DNA of 63,453 bases, the filler included. It is 3 parts of 3 records of this genome, joined end to end, with 100 filler letters (N's around TTAATTAATTAA, not from the genome) between each part and the next. Parts side by side here need not be neighbours in the genome. Positions count along the whole stretch, not along the records: positions 1 to 30,932 come from SRR22947727_2442; 2 more parts are not named here. One strand, given 5' to 3'. A model generated the notes under the pieces. It saw nothing but the letters and a program-made list of their open reading frames with translations, did no database searches and was not told the origin of the DNA. Position 1 is the first letter of the stretch. Each line of letters begins with the position of its first letter. Below, one piece after another: positions 9,565 through 21,746 of this stretch. Both the position numbers and the translations under genes were made by a program.

Positions 9565-12507
9565 TTATTTTCCTGATTGAACCTTCTTCTTTAAGAAGTC
9601 AAACATAATTGGTGTTGCAATAAAGAGTGATGAGTAGGTTCCCACTAACACCCCAATAATCATAGCAAACATAAACCCTCTAAGCGACTCACCTCCAAAG
9701 ATGAAGATAGACAACAATACCACTAAAGTAGTTAAAGAGGTATTTAAAGTACGGCTTAGTGTACTGTTCAAGGCCAAGTTGGTGTTTTCACCAGACTTCC
9801 ATCCTTTTTCTGCTATAATTTCACGAATACGGTCAAATACAACCACCGTGTCATTTAATGAATATCCAATTACGGTAAGAATGGCCGCAATGAATGCCTG
9901 ATCAATTTCCATATTGAATGGCATATACTTTCCTAATAAAGAGAAAATACCCAAAACGATTAACACATCGTGAAATACCGCTATAACAGCACCCAATGAG
10001 AACTGCCATTTTCTAAACCTCAATAAGATGTATAAGAATACAACCAATAAAGATCCTAAGATCGCTAAGAAAGCGTTGTTTTTAATATCATCTGCGATCG
10101 TTGGTCCAACTTTAGAAGACTGCATAATACCCACCGTTCCGCTACCATCTCCAACAATAAAATCTTCATAGCTGGTTCCAGCAGGTAAATATTTCTGAAG
10201 TGAAGTGTATAATGAATTTTGAATCTCATTGTCTACTTCAATTCCTTCAACGTCTACTTTATAAGCTGTAGTGATTTTTACTTGATTGTCTTCTCCGTAT
10301 GTCTTCACATTGGTTCCTGTTCCAAACACATCTGACAATTCAGAAGATAATTCAGAGGGGTTCACCGCTTGTTCAAAACGAACCGTATAAGAACGGCCTC
10401 CAATAAAATCTACGCCTTGTTGTAAGCCTTGTGTAAATAATGAACCTAAAGACACCAAAACAAAAGCACCAGACACAGCGTAAGCTATGGTTCTCTTTCC
10501 TAGGAAGTTTATATTAGGCTGCTTGAATAAATTCTTAGTAATGGCCGTATTGAAGTCTAAAGATGCAGACTTTTTAGCCGTGTACCCATCAATCAATAAT
10601 CTAGTGATAAAAATCGCTGTGAATAAAGAAGTGATAATACCTATTAATAAAGTAGTTGCAAATCCTTTAATAGGACCTGAACCAAATACAAATAATATGA
10701 TCGCTGTAAGTCCTGTAGTAATGTTAGCATCTAAAATCGAAGACAAGGCATTGCTGAATCCGTCTGCAATAGCAATAGCTTTTCCTTTCCCTTTAGCCAA
10801 TTCTTCTTTAATACGTTCAAAGATCAGTACGTTTGCATCTACAGACATACCAATAGTCAATACAATACCAGCAATTCCTGGAAGGGTTAATACCGCATTT
10901 AAACTCACTAATACACCAAAAATAAGTACGATATTTAACAATAGGGCAATGTCTGCAAAAAGACCTGCTCTACCGTAGTATAAAATCATCCATAGCAATA
11001 CCAATACCATGGCCAAAGAAAAAGAGTTGAACCCACTATCAATAGCTTCTTGACCTAGTGATGGACCTACAATTTCAGATTGAATAATTTCAGCAGAAGC
11101 GGGTAGTTTACCTGCACGTAAAACGTTAGATATATCTTTGGTTTCATTCACAGTAAATGACCCTGTAATTTCAGAACGACCTCCTGAGATAGGACCTGAA
11201 GAAACGCCTGGTGCAGTGTATACTTTGTTGTCTAAAACAATCGCAATACCTGTTTGGTTGTTAAATGCGTCTCCGGTTAATTTTTCCCACTCTTTGGCCC
11301 CTTTAGTATTCATAGTCATAGATACTGCAGGACGACTAAATTGGTCAAAATCATCTCTAGCATCACTCACCACATCTCCACTAATTCTAGGAGTATTGTC
11401 TCTGTTAGATTTTAAGGCGTATAAACCTACAACCTCAGAATTGGCAGAAGGACGCTCCCATACAAACTTTACATTAGCTAAAGAAGCTGGAATGAGTCTG
11501 CGAATTTCTTTCATTCTTAAATAAGCCCCTACCGTAGCAGTATCTCTTACTGAAAACTTAAACGTTTCGTATCCTTGACCTTGACCTCTAATTAAGTCAA
11601 TTAATGGATTTTGTTGGTTAGCCAATGAATCTTGTGCAACGTCTGCCAACAAAGAATCAATCTCTGAAGCAGGCTTTTGTGTTTCTTTTTCAGTCACTAC
11701 TAGTGACTTTAAGCGCTCGTTAGCAGCTACAAAGAAAGAAGCAATATCTTGGTTGTTCGGTGGGTATGTTTCCCAAAATTCCAATTGTGCGGTGCTAGAT
11801 AGTAAATCTTGTGCTCTAGCGATGTCTTTAGCTCCTGGCAATTCAACCAGAATTCTTCCTGAATTACCTTCTCTCTGAATATTTGGTTGTGTCACCCCAA
11901 AACCATCGATACGCTCTCTCAGTACTTCAAAAGCAGAAACGATAGACTCATCAATTTTTTGGCTTAGAATAGGCCTAACCTCATCATCTGACATTTGAAA
12001 ATTAATCGCGTCAGAAAGGGCTTTGTTTGCAAAAATAGAAGGATCTGCTAACTTAGTGTCTCCTTTAATGGCGTCAAATGACTCAAAGAATAAGTTTAAG
12101 TAAGTGTCGTCACTACTTTTAGACGCATTATCTGCATCTGCTAAAGCCTTATTGAAAACAGGATTCTTAGAATTGTTAGCCAATCCTTTTAATATGTCTT
12201 TTACAGAAATCTGCAAAGTCACATTAATCCCTCCTTTAAGGTCTAATCCTTTGTTTAATTCTTTTTTCTTTGCGTCTGCATAGCTGGTAAATCCAAAGAT
12301 TGGATTGTTACTTACAGAATCTAAGAAAGCGGTTTCTTCTGACCCTCTTTTTGCGAGATAATCTGCGTCAGTGTCTGCAATCTTAGCTGCAGCGAAAGCT
12401 ACTGAATCTTGTTCTACCTTACTGGTAATGAAGGTAAAAGATAGCTGGTAAATACTCACTATCCCGAATAAAAAAGCAAATAGCTTTATAAGTCCTTTAT
12501 TATGCAT
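9565..12507 (-). CDS. secDF: Fused protein translocase subunit SecDF
   Basis: GLDLKGG, VGPSLG, IGMSVDANVLIFERI, GYSLNDTVVVFDRIRE; TATATTTG element at 12546-12553 (-). Confidence 0.97.
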   Translation of the reverse strand: MHNKGLIKLFAFLFGIVSIYQLSFTFITSKVEQDSVAFAAAKIADTDADYLAKRGSEETAFLDSVSNNPIFGFTSYADAKKKELNKGLDLKGGINVTLQISVKDILKGLANNSKNPVFNKALADADNASKSSDDTYLNLFFESFDAIKGDTKLADPSIFANKALSDAINFQMSDDEVRPILSQKIDESIVSAFEVLRERIDGFGVTQPNIQREGNSGRILVELPGAKDIARAQDLLSSTAQLEFWETYPPNNQDIASFFVAANERLKSLVVTEKETQKPASEIDSLLADVAQDSLANQQNPLIDLIRGQGQGYETFKFSVRDTATVGAYLRMKEIRRLIPASLANVKFVWERPSANSEVVGLYALKSNRDNTPRISGDVVSDARDDFDQFSRPAVSMTMNTKGAKEWEKLTGDAFNNQTGIAIVLDNKVYTAPGVSSGPISGGRSEITGSFTVNETKDISNVLRAGKLPASAEIIQSEIVGPSLGQEAIDSGFNSFSLAMVLVLLWMILYYGRAGLFADIALLLNIVLIFGVLVSLNAVLTLPGIAGIVLTIGMSVDANVLIFERIKEELAKGKGKAIAIADGFSNALSSILDANITTGLTAIILFVFGSGPIKGFATTLLIGIITSLFTAIFITRLLIDGYTAKKSASLDFNTAITKNLFKQPNINFLGKRTIAYAVSGAFVLVSLGSLFTQGLQQGVDFIGGRSYTVRFEQAVNPSELSSELSDVFGTGTNVKTYGEDNQVKITTAYKVDVEGIEVDNEIQNSLYTSLQKYLPAGTSYEDFIVGDGSGTVGIMQSSKVGPTIADDIKNNAFLAILGSLLVVFLYILLRFRKWQFSLGAVIAVFHDVLIVLGIFSLLGKYMPFNMEIDQAFIAAILTVIGYSLNDTVVVFDRIREIIAEKGWKSGENTNLALNSTLSRTLNTSLTTLVVLLSIFIFGGESLRGFMFAMIIGVLVGTYSSLFIATPIMFDFLKKKVQSGK

Positions 12508-12644
12508 TAGTTCAATGAATTATTATTTGGTATATAATTTGCGTGCAAATATATCATTTCCAATAGGAACTGACAATAATTTGTTTTAAATCACAAAATT
12601 AGTAAGCGCCTCCTGCGGTGGCGCTTATATACCAGTTGTGATTA

Positions 12645-13571
12645 TTATACGTCTAAAAGACTGTTTGTTTTTCTTACCCCCTCTGCACTCTCTGCCAACT
12701 TGGCTTTTTCTTGGTCGTTTAATGGAATTGTAACAATTTCTTCAATACCATTTACACCTAAGATTACCGGTACACCAATACAGATGTCAGACAAACCGTA
12801 CTCACCTTCTAATAGGGTAGAACAAGGGAACATTTTTTTCTGATCACACACTATGGCCTGTGCCATAGCAGACACAGCAGCTCCTGGAGCATACCAAGCA
12901 GAAGTACCTAGCAATTTGGTCAAGGTTGCTCCACCAACTTTGGTATCTTCTACAACTTGATCCAAACGCGCTCCACTTACAAAATTAGACACAGGCACAG
13001 AGTTTCTTGTAGCCAATCTGCTCAATGGCACCATTCCAGTGTCTGAGTGACCTCCAATAACCATTCCATCAATATCTGATATAGGTGCTCCTACAGCCTC
13101 TGCCAAACGATACTTAAATCTGGCGCTATCTAAAGCACCACCCATACCTATTATTCTATGTTTTGGTAATCCTGTTGCTTTATGAACCAGGTAAGTCATG
13201 GTATCCATTGGATTACTCACTACCATAATAATAACCTCTGGAGAATGTGCCAAAATGCTTTGGGCCACAGTCTTCACAATCCCAGCATTAATACCAATAA
13301 GTTCTTCTCTTGTCATTCCGGGTTTTCTTGGAATACCAGAGGTAATGATCGCTAAATGACTCCCAGCTGTTTTGCTATAATCACCAGTCGTTCCTGTAAT
13401 TTTTGTGTCAAAACCATTCAAAGAAGCCGTTTGCATTAAATCCATCGCCTTCCCTTCTGCATAACCTTCCTTAATGTCTACCAACACTACTTCTGAGGCA
13501 AAATCTTTTATAGCAATATACTCTGCGCAACTTGCACCAACAGCACCTGCTCCTACCACTGTAATCTTCAT
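12645..13571 (-). CDS. mdh: Malate dehydrogenase (LDH-like)
   Basis: GAGAVG, PRKPGMTRE, LDSARF, GGH. Confidence 0.96.
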   Translation of the reverse strand: MKITVVGAGAVGASCAEYIAIKDFASEVVLVDIKEGYAEGKAMDLMQTASLNGFDTKITGTTGDYSKTAGSHLAIITSGIPRKPGMTREELIGINAGIVKTVAQSILAHSPEVIIMVVSNPMDTMTYLVHKATGLPKHRIIGMGGALDSARFKYRLAEAVGAPISDIDGMVIGGHSDTGMVPLSRLATRNSVPVSNFVSGARLDQVVEDTKVGGATLTKLLGTSAWYAPGAAVSAMAQAIVCDQKKMFPCSTLLEGEYGLSDICIGVPVILGVNGIEEIVTIPLNDQEKAKLAESAEGVRKTNSLLDV

Positions 13572-13606
13572 TCTAATTCTAATTTATATGTTTATAATTT
13601 TTCTGA

Positions 13607-15559
<1,953 letters not shown>

Positions 15560-15695
15560 TTATTTGTTTATTTATTAAGCAATCCTACAAATATAACCAA
15601 TAGCCTATCAAATGGGGGTTTAATATGGTTTAGAAGCCCCTAAGTTATTAACAATTATTGTGGAAAATGAAGGGTTTAAAACAAATATAGAGAAC

Positions 15696-15723
15696 AAAAA
15701 AGCCCTTCATTATGAAAGGCTTT
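15696..15723 (-). terminator. Intrinsic terminator after asnB
   Basis: Hairpin AAAGCCCTTCAT/ATGAAAGGCTTT with a T-tract on the minus strand. Confidence 0.7.
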
Positions 15724-15762
15724 AATATCAGAAATAACTCCCGAACCATTGTTTAAATAAAT

Positions 15763-17433
15763 TTATTTACTGTAGGCATCTGAGTGCACTTTGGCCACTG
15801 CCCTACCTGAAGGATCATTCATGTTTTTAAACGCTTCATCCCATTCCAATGCTATAGGTGTGCTACAAGCAACAGACGGAACAGATGGAACGCAAAGCGC
15901 CGCAGCATCTGAGGGGAAATGAGACTCAAATATAGACCTGTAATAAAATTCTTCTTTAGATGTAGGGGTTTGCAATGGGAACCTATAAGACGCGTTGGCC
16001 AACTGCTCGTCCGTAACAGCTTCTGCAACAACTTCTTTTAGGGTGTCTATCCAATCGTATCCAACACCATCAGAAAATTGTTCTTTTTGACGCCAGGCAA
16101 CAGATTCTGGCAAATATGCTTCAAAAGCCTTACGCAGCACCCATTTCTCCATGCGCTCCCCATTAATCATTTTGTCTTTTGGGTTAATTCTCATGGCCAC
16201 ATCCATGAATTCTTTATCCAAGAATGGCACCCTTCCTTCAATTCCCCAAGCAGCCAATGATTTATTGGCACGAAGGCAGTCATACATATGAAGTTTGTCT
16301 AATTTACGAACGGTTTCCTCGTGAAAATCTTTAGCAGACGGCGCCTTATGAAAGTAAAGGTACCCACCAAAAAGCTCGTCGGCGCCCTCGCCAGACAACA
16401 CCATTTTAATACCCATAGATTTAATCACCCTAGCCATAAGATACATAGGCGTAGAAGCTCTAATGGTGGTAATATCATAGGTTTCTAAGTTGTAAATCAC
16501 ATCCTTAATAGCATCTAAACCCTCTTGGATGGTAAACTTTATTTCATGGTGTACCGTACCAATATGATCGGCCACTTTCCTTGCTGCTGCTAAATCTGGA
16601 GAGCCTTCTAAGCCTACAGAGAAAGAGTGTAATTGAGGCCACCAAGCGTCTGTAGTATCTCCCGACTCAATCCTTTTTTGGGCGTATTTTTTGGCTATCG
16701 CAGACGTCACTGAAGAGTCTAAACCCCCAGATAAAAGCACTCCATAAGGAACGTCAGACATGAGCTGTCTGTGCACCGCCGCTTCCAAAGCATCTTTAAT
16801 CTCCTGAATACTGGTTTCATTGTCCTTTACTGCCTCATAGTCCATCCATTCTCTTTCGTACCACCTGACCATTTCACCATCACTGGAATGCATATAATGA
16901 CCTGGAGGGAATAATGCTATTTTAGAGCACACCCCTTCCAATGCTTTTAATTCAGAAGCCACATAAAAGGTGCCGTGAATATCCCATCCAATATACAATG
17001 GGATAATCCCCATATGATCCCTGGCAATAAAATATTCATCTTTTTGAACGTCGTAAATCGCAAAGCCAAAAATTCCATTCAACTCATCTAGGAAAGACAC
17101 TCCTTTTTCTTGGTAGAGTGCCAAAATAACTTCACAATCGGACTGTGTTTTAAAATCGTATTTGCCCTCAAATTGAGCCCTTAACTCGCGGTGGTTGTAT
17201 ATCTCTCCATTGGCTGCCAATACCAAAGAACCGTCTGCATTGATCAGTGGCTGCTTTCCAGAAGCTGGATCTACAATAGCCAATCGTTCATGGGCCATAA
17301 TCGCATTCTCATGGTCATAAATACCACTCCAATCCGGACCTCTGTGACGAATTTTTTTAGACATTTCTAACAACTGAGGCCTTAAATCTCCAGCAGTTTG
17401 TTTTAAATCAAAGGCACACACAATACCACACAT
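15763..17433 (-). CDS. asnB: Asparagine synthetase B (glutamine-hydrolysing)
   Basis: N-terminal MCGI, HRGPD, NGEIYNH, LLSGGLDSS, SGEGADELFGGY. Confidence 0.97.
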   Translation of the reverse strand: MCGIVCAFDLKQTAGDLRPQLLEMSKKIRHRGPDWSGIYDHENAIMAHERLAIVDPASGKQPLINADGSLVLAANGEIYNHRELRAQFEGKYDFKTQSDCEVILALYQEKGVSFLDELNGIFGFAIYDVQKDEYFIARDHMGIIPLYIGWDIHGTFYVASELKALEGVCSKIALFPPGHYMHSSDGEMVRWYEREWMDYEAVKDNETSIQEIKDALEAAVHRQLMSDVPYGVLLSGGLDSSVTSAIAKKYAQKRIESGDTTDAWWPQLHSFSVGLEGSPDLAAARKVADHIGTVHHEIKFTIQEGLDAIKDVIYNLETYDITTIRASTPMYLMARVIKSMGIKMVLSGEGADELFGGYLYFHKAPSAKDFHEETVRKLDKLHMYDCLRANKSLAAWGIEGRVPFLDKEFMDVAMRINPKDKMINGERMEKWVLRKAFEAYLPESVAWRQKEQFSDGVGYDWIDTLKEVVAEAVTDEQLANASYRFPLQTPTSKEEFYYRSIFESHFPSDAAALCVPSVPSVACSTPIALEWDEAFKNMNDPSGRAVAKVHSDAYSK

Positions 17434-17678
17434 AATTGTTATTTATTTAATGAGACAACAAAAATGAACAAAAACATTAATTTATAAAACCAAAAAGATC
17501 TATTTAATTACAATTTATTACTTTAATAGATCAATTAGCATAAAATAGATAGCAAATAAGCTTATAACAGCTTAGTGAACTTACATTTGAAAGCTGCGCT
17601 TTCAATATTCGTTTTAAATGCGGAACTTAGTGTCCTAAATTTTAATACAAAAAAGTAAACACCAATAAAACACTCATT

Positions 17679-18221
17679 ATGAAAACAAACTTATTTTACA
17701 GCCTTTGCCTTTTTAGTCTACTATGGAGCAGCAACCTAAGTGCTCAAGACTTTGGGAAATTAGACGCAAGCCCTATGGACATTGCCTGGTTTCCTGCGAA
17801 ACACATGGACGCCAACAAAAAAATGAGGGTTATTTACAACAGACCTCAACTGAAAAGTAGGTCGTTAAGTACCTTAGCACCTAATGGCGCTGTTTGGAGA
17901 ACAGGTGCCAACGAAGCCTCTGAAATTACTTTCTACCAAGATGTAGTGTTTGGTGGTGAAAACGTGAAAGCAGGTACCTATGCTTTGTTTACTATTCCTG
18001 GTGAAAATAGCTGGACCATCATTTTAAATAGCAATCTCAATCAATGGGGGTCTTACTCTTATGACGAAAAAGCAGACGTTTTAAGGGTTAAAGCCATTGT
18101 CAGTGAAGATTCAGAGGCTTTAGAGTATTTTAGCATGGTATTCCATGAGGAAAATGACAACCTACAATTGTCAATGGGCTGGAACACCACAAGGGTTCAC
18201 TTACCCATTTCAATGCAGTAG
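17679..18221 (+). CDS. Secreted DUF2911-like protein
   Basis: Signal peptide; YNRP, VWRTGANEA, AGTYALFTIP, QWG motifs; TACATTTG element at 17582-17589. Confidence 0.85.
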   Translation: MKTNLFYSLCLFSLLWSSNLSAQDFGKLDASPMDIAWFPAKHMDANKKMRVIYNRPQLKSRSLSTLAPNGAVWRTGANEASEITFYQDVVFGGENVKAGTYALFTIPGENSWTIILNSNLNQWGSYSYDEKADVLRVKAIVSEDSEALEYFSMVFHEENDNLQLSMGWNTTRVHLPISMQ

Positions 18222-18237
18222 CATCCTATCTAACAAT

Positions 18238-18269
18238 AAAAAAAAGGCGCTTTAAAAGCGCCTTTTTTT
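18238..18269. terminator. Bidirectional intrinsic terminator
   Basis: A-tract GGCGCTTT A AAAGCGCC T-tract between convergent genes. Confidence 0.9.
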
Positions 18270-18289
18270 ATAGCTATAAGTAAGCCAAT

Positions 18290-19921
18290 TTATTCGTGCA
18301 CCAATTCTCCTCCCACATAGGTCCTGTAAACTTGCGTATTAGGGACTTCGATTAAAGGCACTTCCATCATATCTTGCTGGTACAAGACAAAATCTGCCAT
18401 TTTACCTACTGAAATACTCCCGCGTTCTGCTTCTTGAAAATTCGAATAAGCCGCCCACAAGGTCATCCCTTTTAAAGTTTCTTCTCTAGTCAAGCCATCT
18501 TGAATCTGAAAGCCACCCTCAGGATAACCCGAAGTATCTTGCCTGGCTGTTGCTGCTAAAAAAGTCAAGAAAGGGCTAACCTGCTCTACAGGAAAATCTG
18601 TGCCAAGAGCTATTGTTCCAGCCTTGTCTAACAATGTCTTAAAAGCGTAAGCCCCTGCCATTCGTTTTGAACCCAGACGGTCTTCTGCCCAGTACATGTC
18701 TGAGGTTGCATGGGTGGGTTGTACTGAAGGGATAATCCCCCCATTAAAATAATCAAAATCTTGAGGACTGATAATTTGAGCGTGTTCTACTTTCCACCGC
18801 TTGTCAGTAGTTCCTACTAGTGCCTCTGCATAGGCACGAAGTACTACAATGTTTGCAGAGTCTCCAATAGCATGGGTATTCATCTGATAATCAGTGGCTG
18901 CAATTCTTTTGGCCAAAGCTTCAATCTCTTTAACACCTGTGACCATAGCACCAAAGTGGTGGTCTCTATCTGAATAAGCTTCCCTAAGGGTAGCTCCCCT
19001 AGATCCAAGCGCTCCGTCTGCATATACTTTGACACTCCCCACCCTAAGTCTTGGAGTCTCAATAACACCTTTAGGCAAGAAGTAATCTAAATTTTCTGGA
19101 CTGTTACTCACCATGGCATAAATCCTCATTTTAAGGTCTCCCGTTTGGTGTAAACTGTCTATGATTTCTATGACATCCCTATTCAAACCAGCGTCATTTA
19201 CAGTGGTTAACCCGTAAGAAAAGGCAATACGCTGGGCGTCTTTTAAGGCGGTAACTATATCTTGTACCGTTGGCTTTGGCATAACAGCGTCTACGAGTGC
19301 CATTGGATTGTCTACCAATATCCCTATAAGTGTGCCATTTTCCTTTTCTATACTCCCTCCAACTACCTCAGTATCTATAGTAATTCCAGCTAAATCCAAT
19401 GCGGCCTGGTTCACTAAATACGCATGTCCGTCTACCCGTTCTAAGGCAACTGGTGTATCTGGAAACAAGGCGTCCAATGCATCTTTAGTAGGGTATTTTT
19501 TTTCTTCCCAGTCATTCTGATCCCATCCCCTACCTCTAATAAATACTGCAGGTTTCTCGTCGTGGAATGCCACTACCCTGTCCAGTACTTCTTGGTAACT
19601 TTTTGTCCCCACCAAGTCTACCACTTGTTGGTTTTGCCCCAAACCGTAGAAATGACAATGGGCGTCAATCAATCCGGGCGTAACGGCTTTACCTTGGGCA
19701 TCTATAACATTTGAAGCTTTATACTGCTTTTGGAGCGTTTCTGTCTCACCTACAGCAACAAAACGACCCTGGTGTACGGCAAAAGCAGTAGCGGTCTTTT
19801 GAGCATCATCTACAGTATAAACTTTGGCGTTCACCACCAAAAGGTCTACAGACTCTTTAGGGCTACAGCCAACGGCTAGTGCAGTAATTGCAATAAAAAA
19901 TAAAGATTTGTACAATGTCAT
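18290..19921 (-). CDS. YtcJ-like amidohydrolase (lipoprotein)
   Basis: Lipobox AVGC; PGLIDAHCH, DGALGSRG, HAIGD, EHAQ, GTDFPVE. Confidence 0.9.
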   Translation of the reverse strand: MTLYKSLFFIAITALAVGCSPKESVDLLVVNAKVYTVDDAQKTATAFAVHQGRFVAVGETETLQKQYKASNVIDAQGKAVTPGLIDAHCHFYGLGQNQQVVDLVGTKSYQEVLDRVVAFHDEKPAVFIRGRGWDQNDWEEKKYPTKDALDALFPDTPVALERVDGHAYLVNQAALDLAGITIDTEVVGGSIEKENGTLIGILVDNPMALVDAVMPKPTVQDIVTALKDAQRIAFSYGLTTVNDAGLNRDVIEIIDSLHQTGDLKMRIYAMVSNSPENLDYFLPKGVIETPRLRVGSVKVYADGALGSRGATLREAYSDRDHHFGAMVTGVKEIEALAKRIAATDYQMNTHAIGDSANIVVLRAYAEALVGTTDKRWKVEHAQIISPQDFDYFNGGIIPSVQPTHATSDMYWAEDRLGSKRMAGAYAFKTLLDKAGTIALGTDFPVEQVSPFLTFLAATARQDTSGYPEGGFQIQDGLTREETLKGMTLWAAYSNFQEAERGSISVGKMADFVLYQQDMMEVPLIEVPNTQVYRTYVGGELVHE

Positions 19922-20000
19922 GTTATAGGGGTTTGGTTTAATAATTTAAATACACTGCTAAAAGCAACTAAAGATAGGGAACTGAGGTCAAAAAGAAAAC

Positions 20001-21746
20001 CTATAAATCAAATCGGTACTGTGCTCCTGCCATTACAATCCTCGGGGGAGCAACAAAACCAGACCAGAGTGCATAGGTACTGCCTGTGAGGTTACTGCCT
20101 TTGACAAAAACAGACAGCCTTTCATTGGCCTGATAATACAATTGAGCGTCTAATCTGTGAAATCCTGGCAATTCGAAAACTTCAGAAGGCAATGGTCCAG
20201 GAACAACAAATTGCACCATCTGACTGGACCTGGCAGTCCTCACTCCTGTATAATTCCAGGAGCCATTTAATGTAAATCGGGTTAAAAAGTCGTATTCCAA
20301 CTGAATTCTCGCGCTTTCTTTGGGTAAATGCCAAGCCTCTTGGGCTGATGCGCTAGTATAATTAAAACGGTGGTAGTGTCCAGAAAGGCTTAAGCCCTGC
20401 AATGGAGCAGCTGCTATAGAAACGCCCAAGCGCTGGGTATCTATTGCATCATAGACCACCTCAAAACTATTGCCATAATTAAATTGTTTCTCAAATGTAT
20501 TTAAATAATTCTTGGGATTCTGAACAAACAATGCCTGGTTGTTTTTGCTGTTTTCCATCCAGGACAAGGCGTAAGAAAAAGCAGACCCCCCTCCTTTTAT
20601 ACCTAATTCAAATGCATAACGCTGGTCAGAAGGAAGCACTTCTAGGGAAGGAGACACAAAGGGATTCTCCATAACAAATGAGGCGTAATCATTTAAGTTA
20701 AAATCTCCGCTAAGACTGGCAAAAGCAGTAACGAAATCTGTCAAAAGGGCGTATTGTCCATAAATATCTGGGTAAATTTTTAGCCCATTGGAGTAGATTA
20801 TTTTTGATCCTAGCTTAAACAAGGCATCGGCGCCAGCCAATTCAATAACAGGATTTAAGGCCAGTTTATGGAATTGGTAGTCCAATCCATTGCTTTGATC
20901 AAAAGAAGACAAGGGTGGGGTATTAAACTGCCCTCCCCTAAAGTTGTAACTGGCATTCCAAAACAGTGGTTTATCTCCAAGCATTAAGCGTCCATTCCCA
21001 TGAACATTAATTTTCTGGGCGTTGGATTGGGTGGCATCTCTAAAATCGCCCCCCATGATACTCAAGGACTCCAACGCGCCTTTGTCTTGACTAAAAGATC
21101 CAAAGATTTCAGAAGAGAAATAGTTTTGTTGCAAATCATATACCGGAACCGCTATGGACAGCTGCGCTATTCCACCTTGCATGCTTGGCATTCCAAACCA
21201 GGAATAAGCCATATGTTGGAGCGACGCCCCAGCCTGGTAATGTTTTTTACGTTTGGAAAAATGATAACGCCCCATTAATTGGGTGTTAAAAAAATTGCTG
21301 TCCCAATCTACAGCAGGTAGGTCTTGTAACATGCTGTTGTGCATGAGTTGCAGTCCAATATGGCTGTATCTAGATTTTTTTATCTGACTGTCTGCCCAAA
21401 GTTCTGCCGTACTCCTACTCCCTAAACCTAAATGGACTAAGGTATTATATGTCTTTGGCGCTTTCTCAGAGGGCAAAGCATCTGGGGCTGCAAGCTGTGG
21501 GGTAAAATTAGACGCCACAGGAAATTCTTTAATGGGGTACACTAGGGTTCTTTTTTTGTCCCAAGAAAGCTGTTTCAGGATTGGTGCTATAAGGGGCTTA
21601 GCCCCTATTAAAATGACTGGCGCATAGTTCTTCACCACAGTCACAGACTCTGTGCCAATGTTTTGGTCCTGAGCCAAAAGAGGGTTTGAAGCCAATAAAA
21701 AGAACCCTAAAAAGTATATATTCTGTTTAAGCATCTGTATCATCAT
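20001..21746 (-). CDS. Outer-membrane beta-barrel, TonB-dependent-receptor-like, short
   Basis: Signal peptide, TESVTVVK TonB-box-like segment, amphipathic strands, C-terminal YRF; paired with the TPR gene. Confidence 0.7.
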   Translation of the reverse strand: MMIQMLKQNIYFLGFFLLASNPLLAQDQNIGTESVTVVKNYAPVILIGAKPLIAPILKQLSWDKKRTLVYPIKEFPVASNFTPQLAAPDALPSEKAPKTYNTLVHLGLGSRSTAELWADSQIKKSRYSHIGLQLMHNSMLQDLPAVDWDSNFFNTQLMGRYHFSKRKKHYQAGASLQHMAYSWFGMPSMQGGIAQLSIAVPVYDLQQNYFSSEIFGSFSQDKGALESLSIMGGDFRDATQSNAQKINVHGNGRLMLGDKPLFWNASYNFRGGQFNTPPLSSFDQSNGLDYQFHKLALNPVIELAGADALFKLGSKIIYSNGLKIYPDIYGQYALLTDFVTAFASLSGDFNLNDYASFVMENPFVSPSLEVLPSDQRYAFELGIKGGGSAFSYALSWMENSKNNQALFVQNPKNYLNTFEKQFNYGNSFEVVYDAIDTQRLGVSIAAAPLQGLSLSGHYHRFNYTSASAQEAWHLPKESARIQLEYDFLTRFTLNGSWNYTGVRTARSSQMVQFVVPGPLPSEVFELPGFHRLDAQLYYQANERLSVFVKGSNLTGSTYALWSGFVAPPRIVMAGAQYRFDL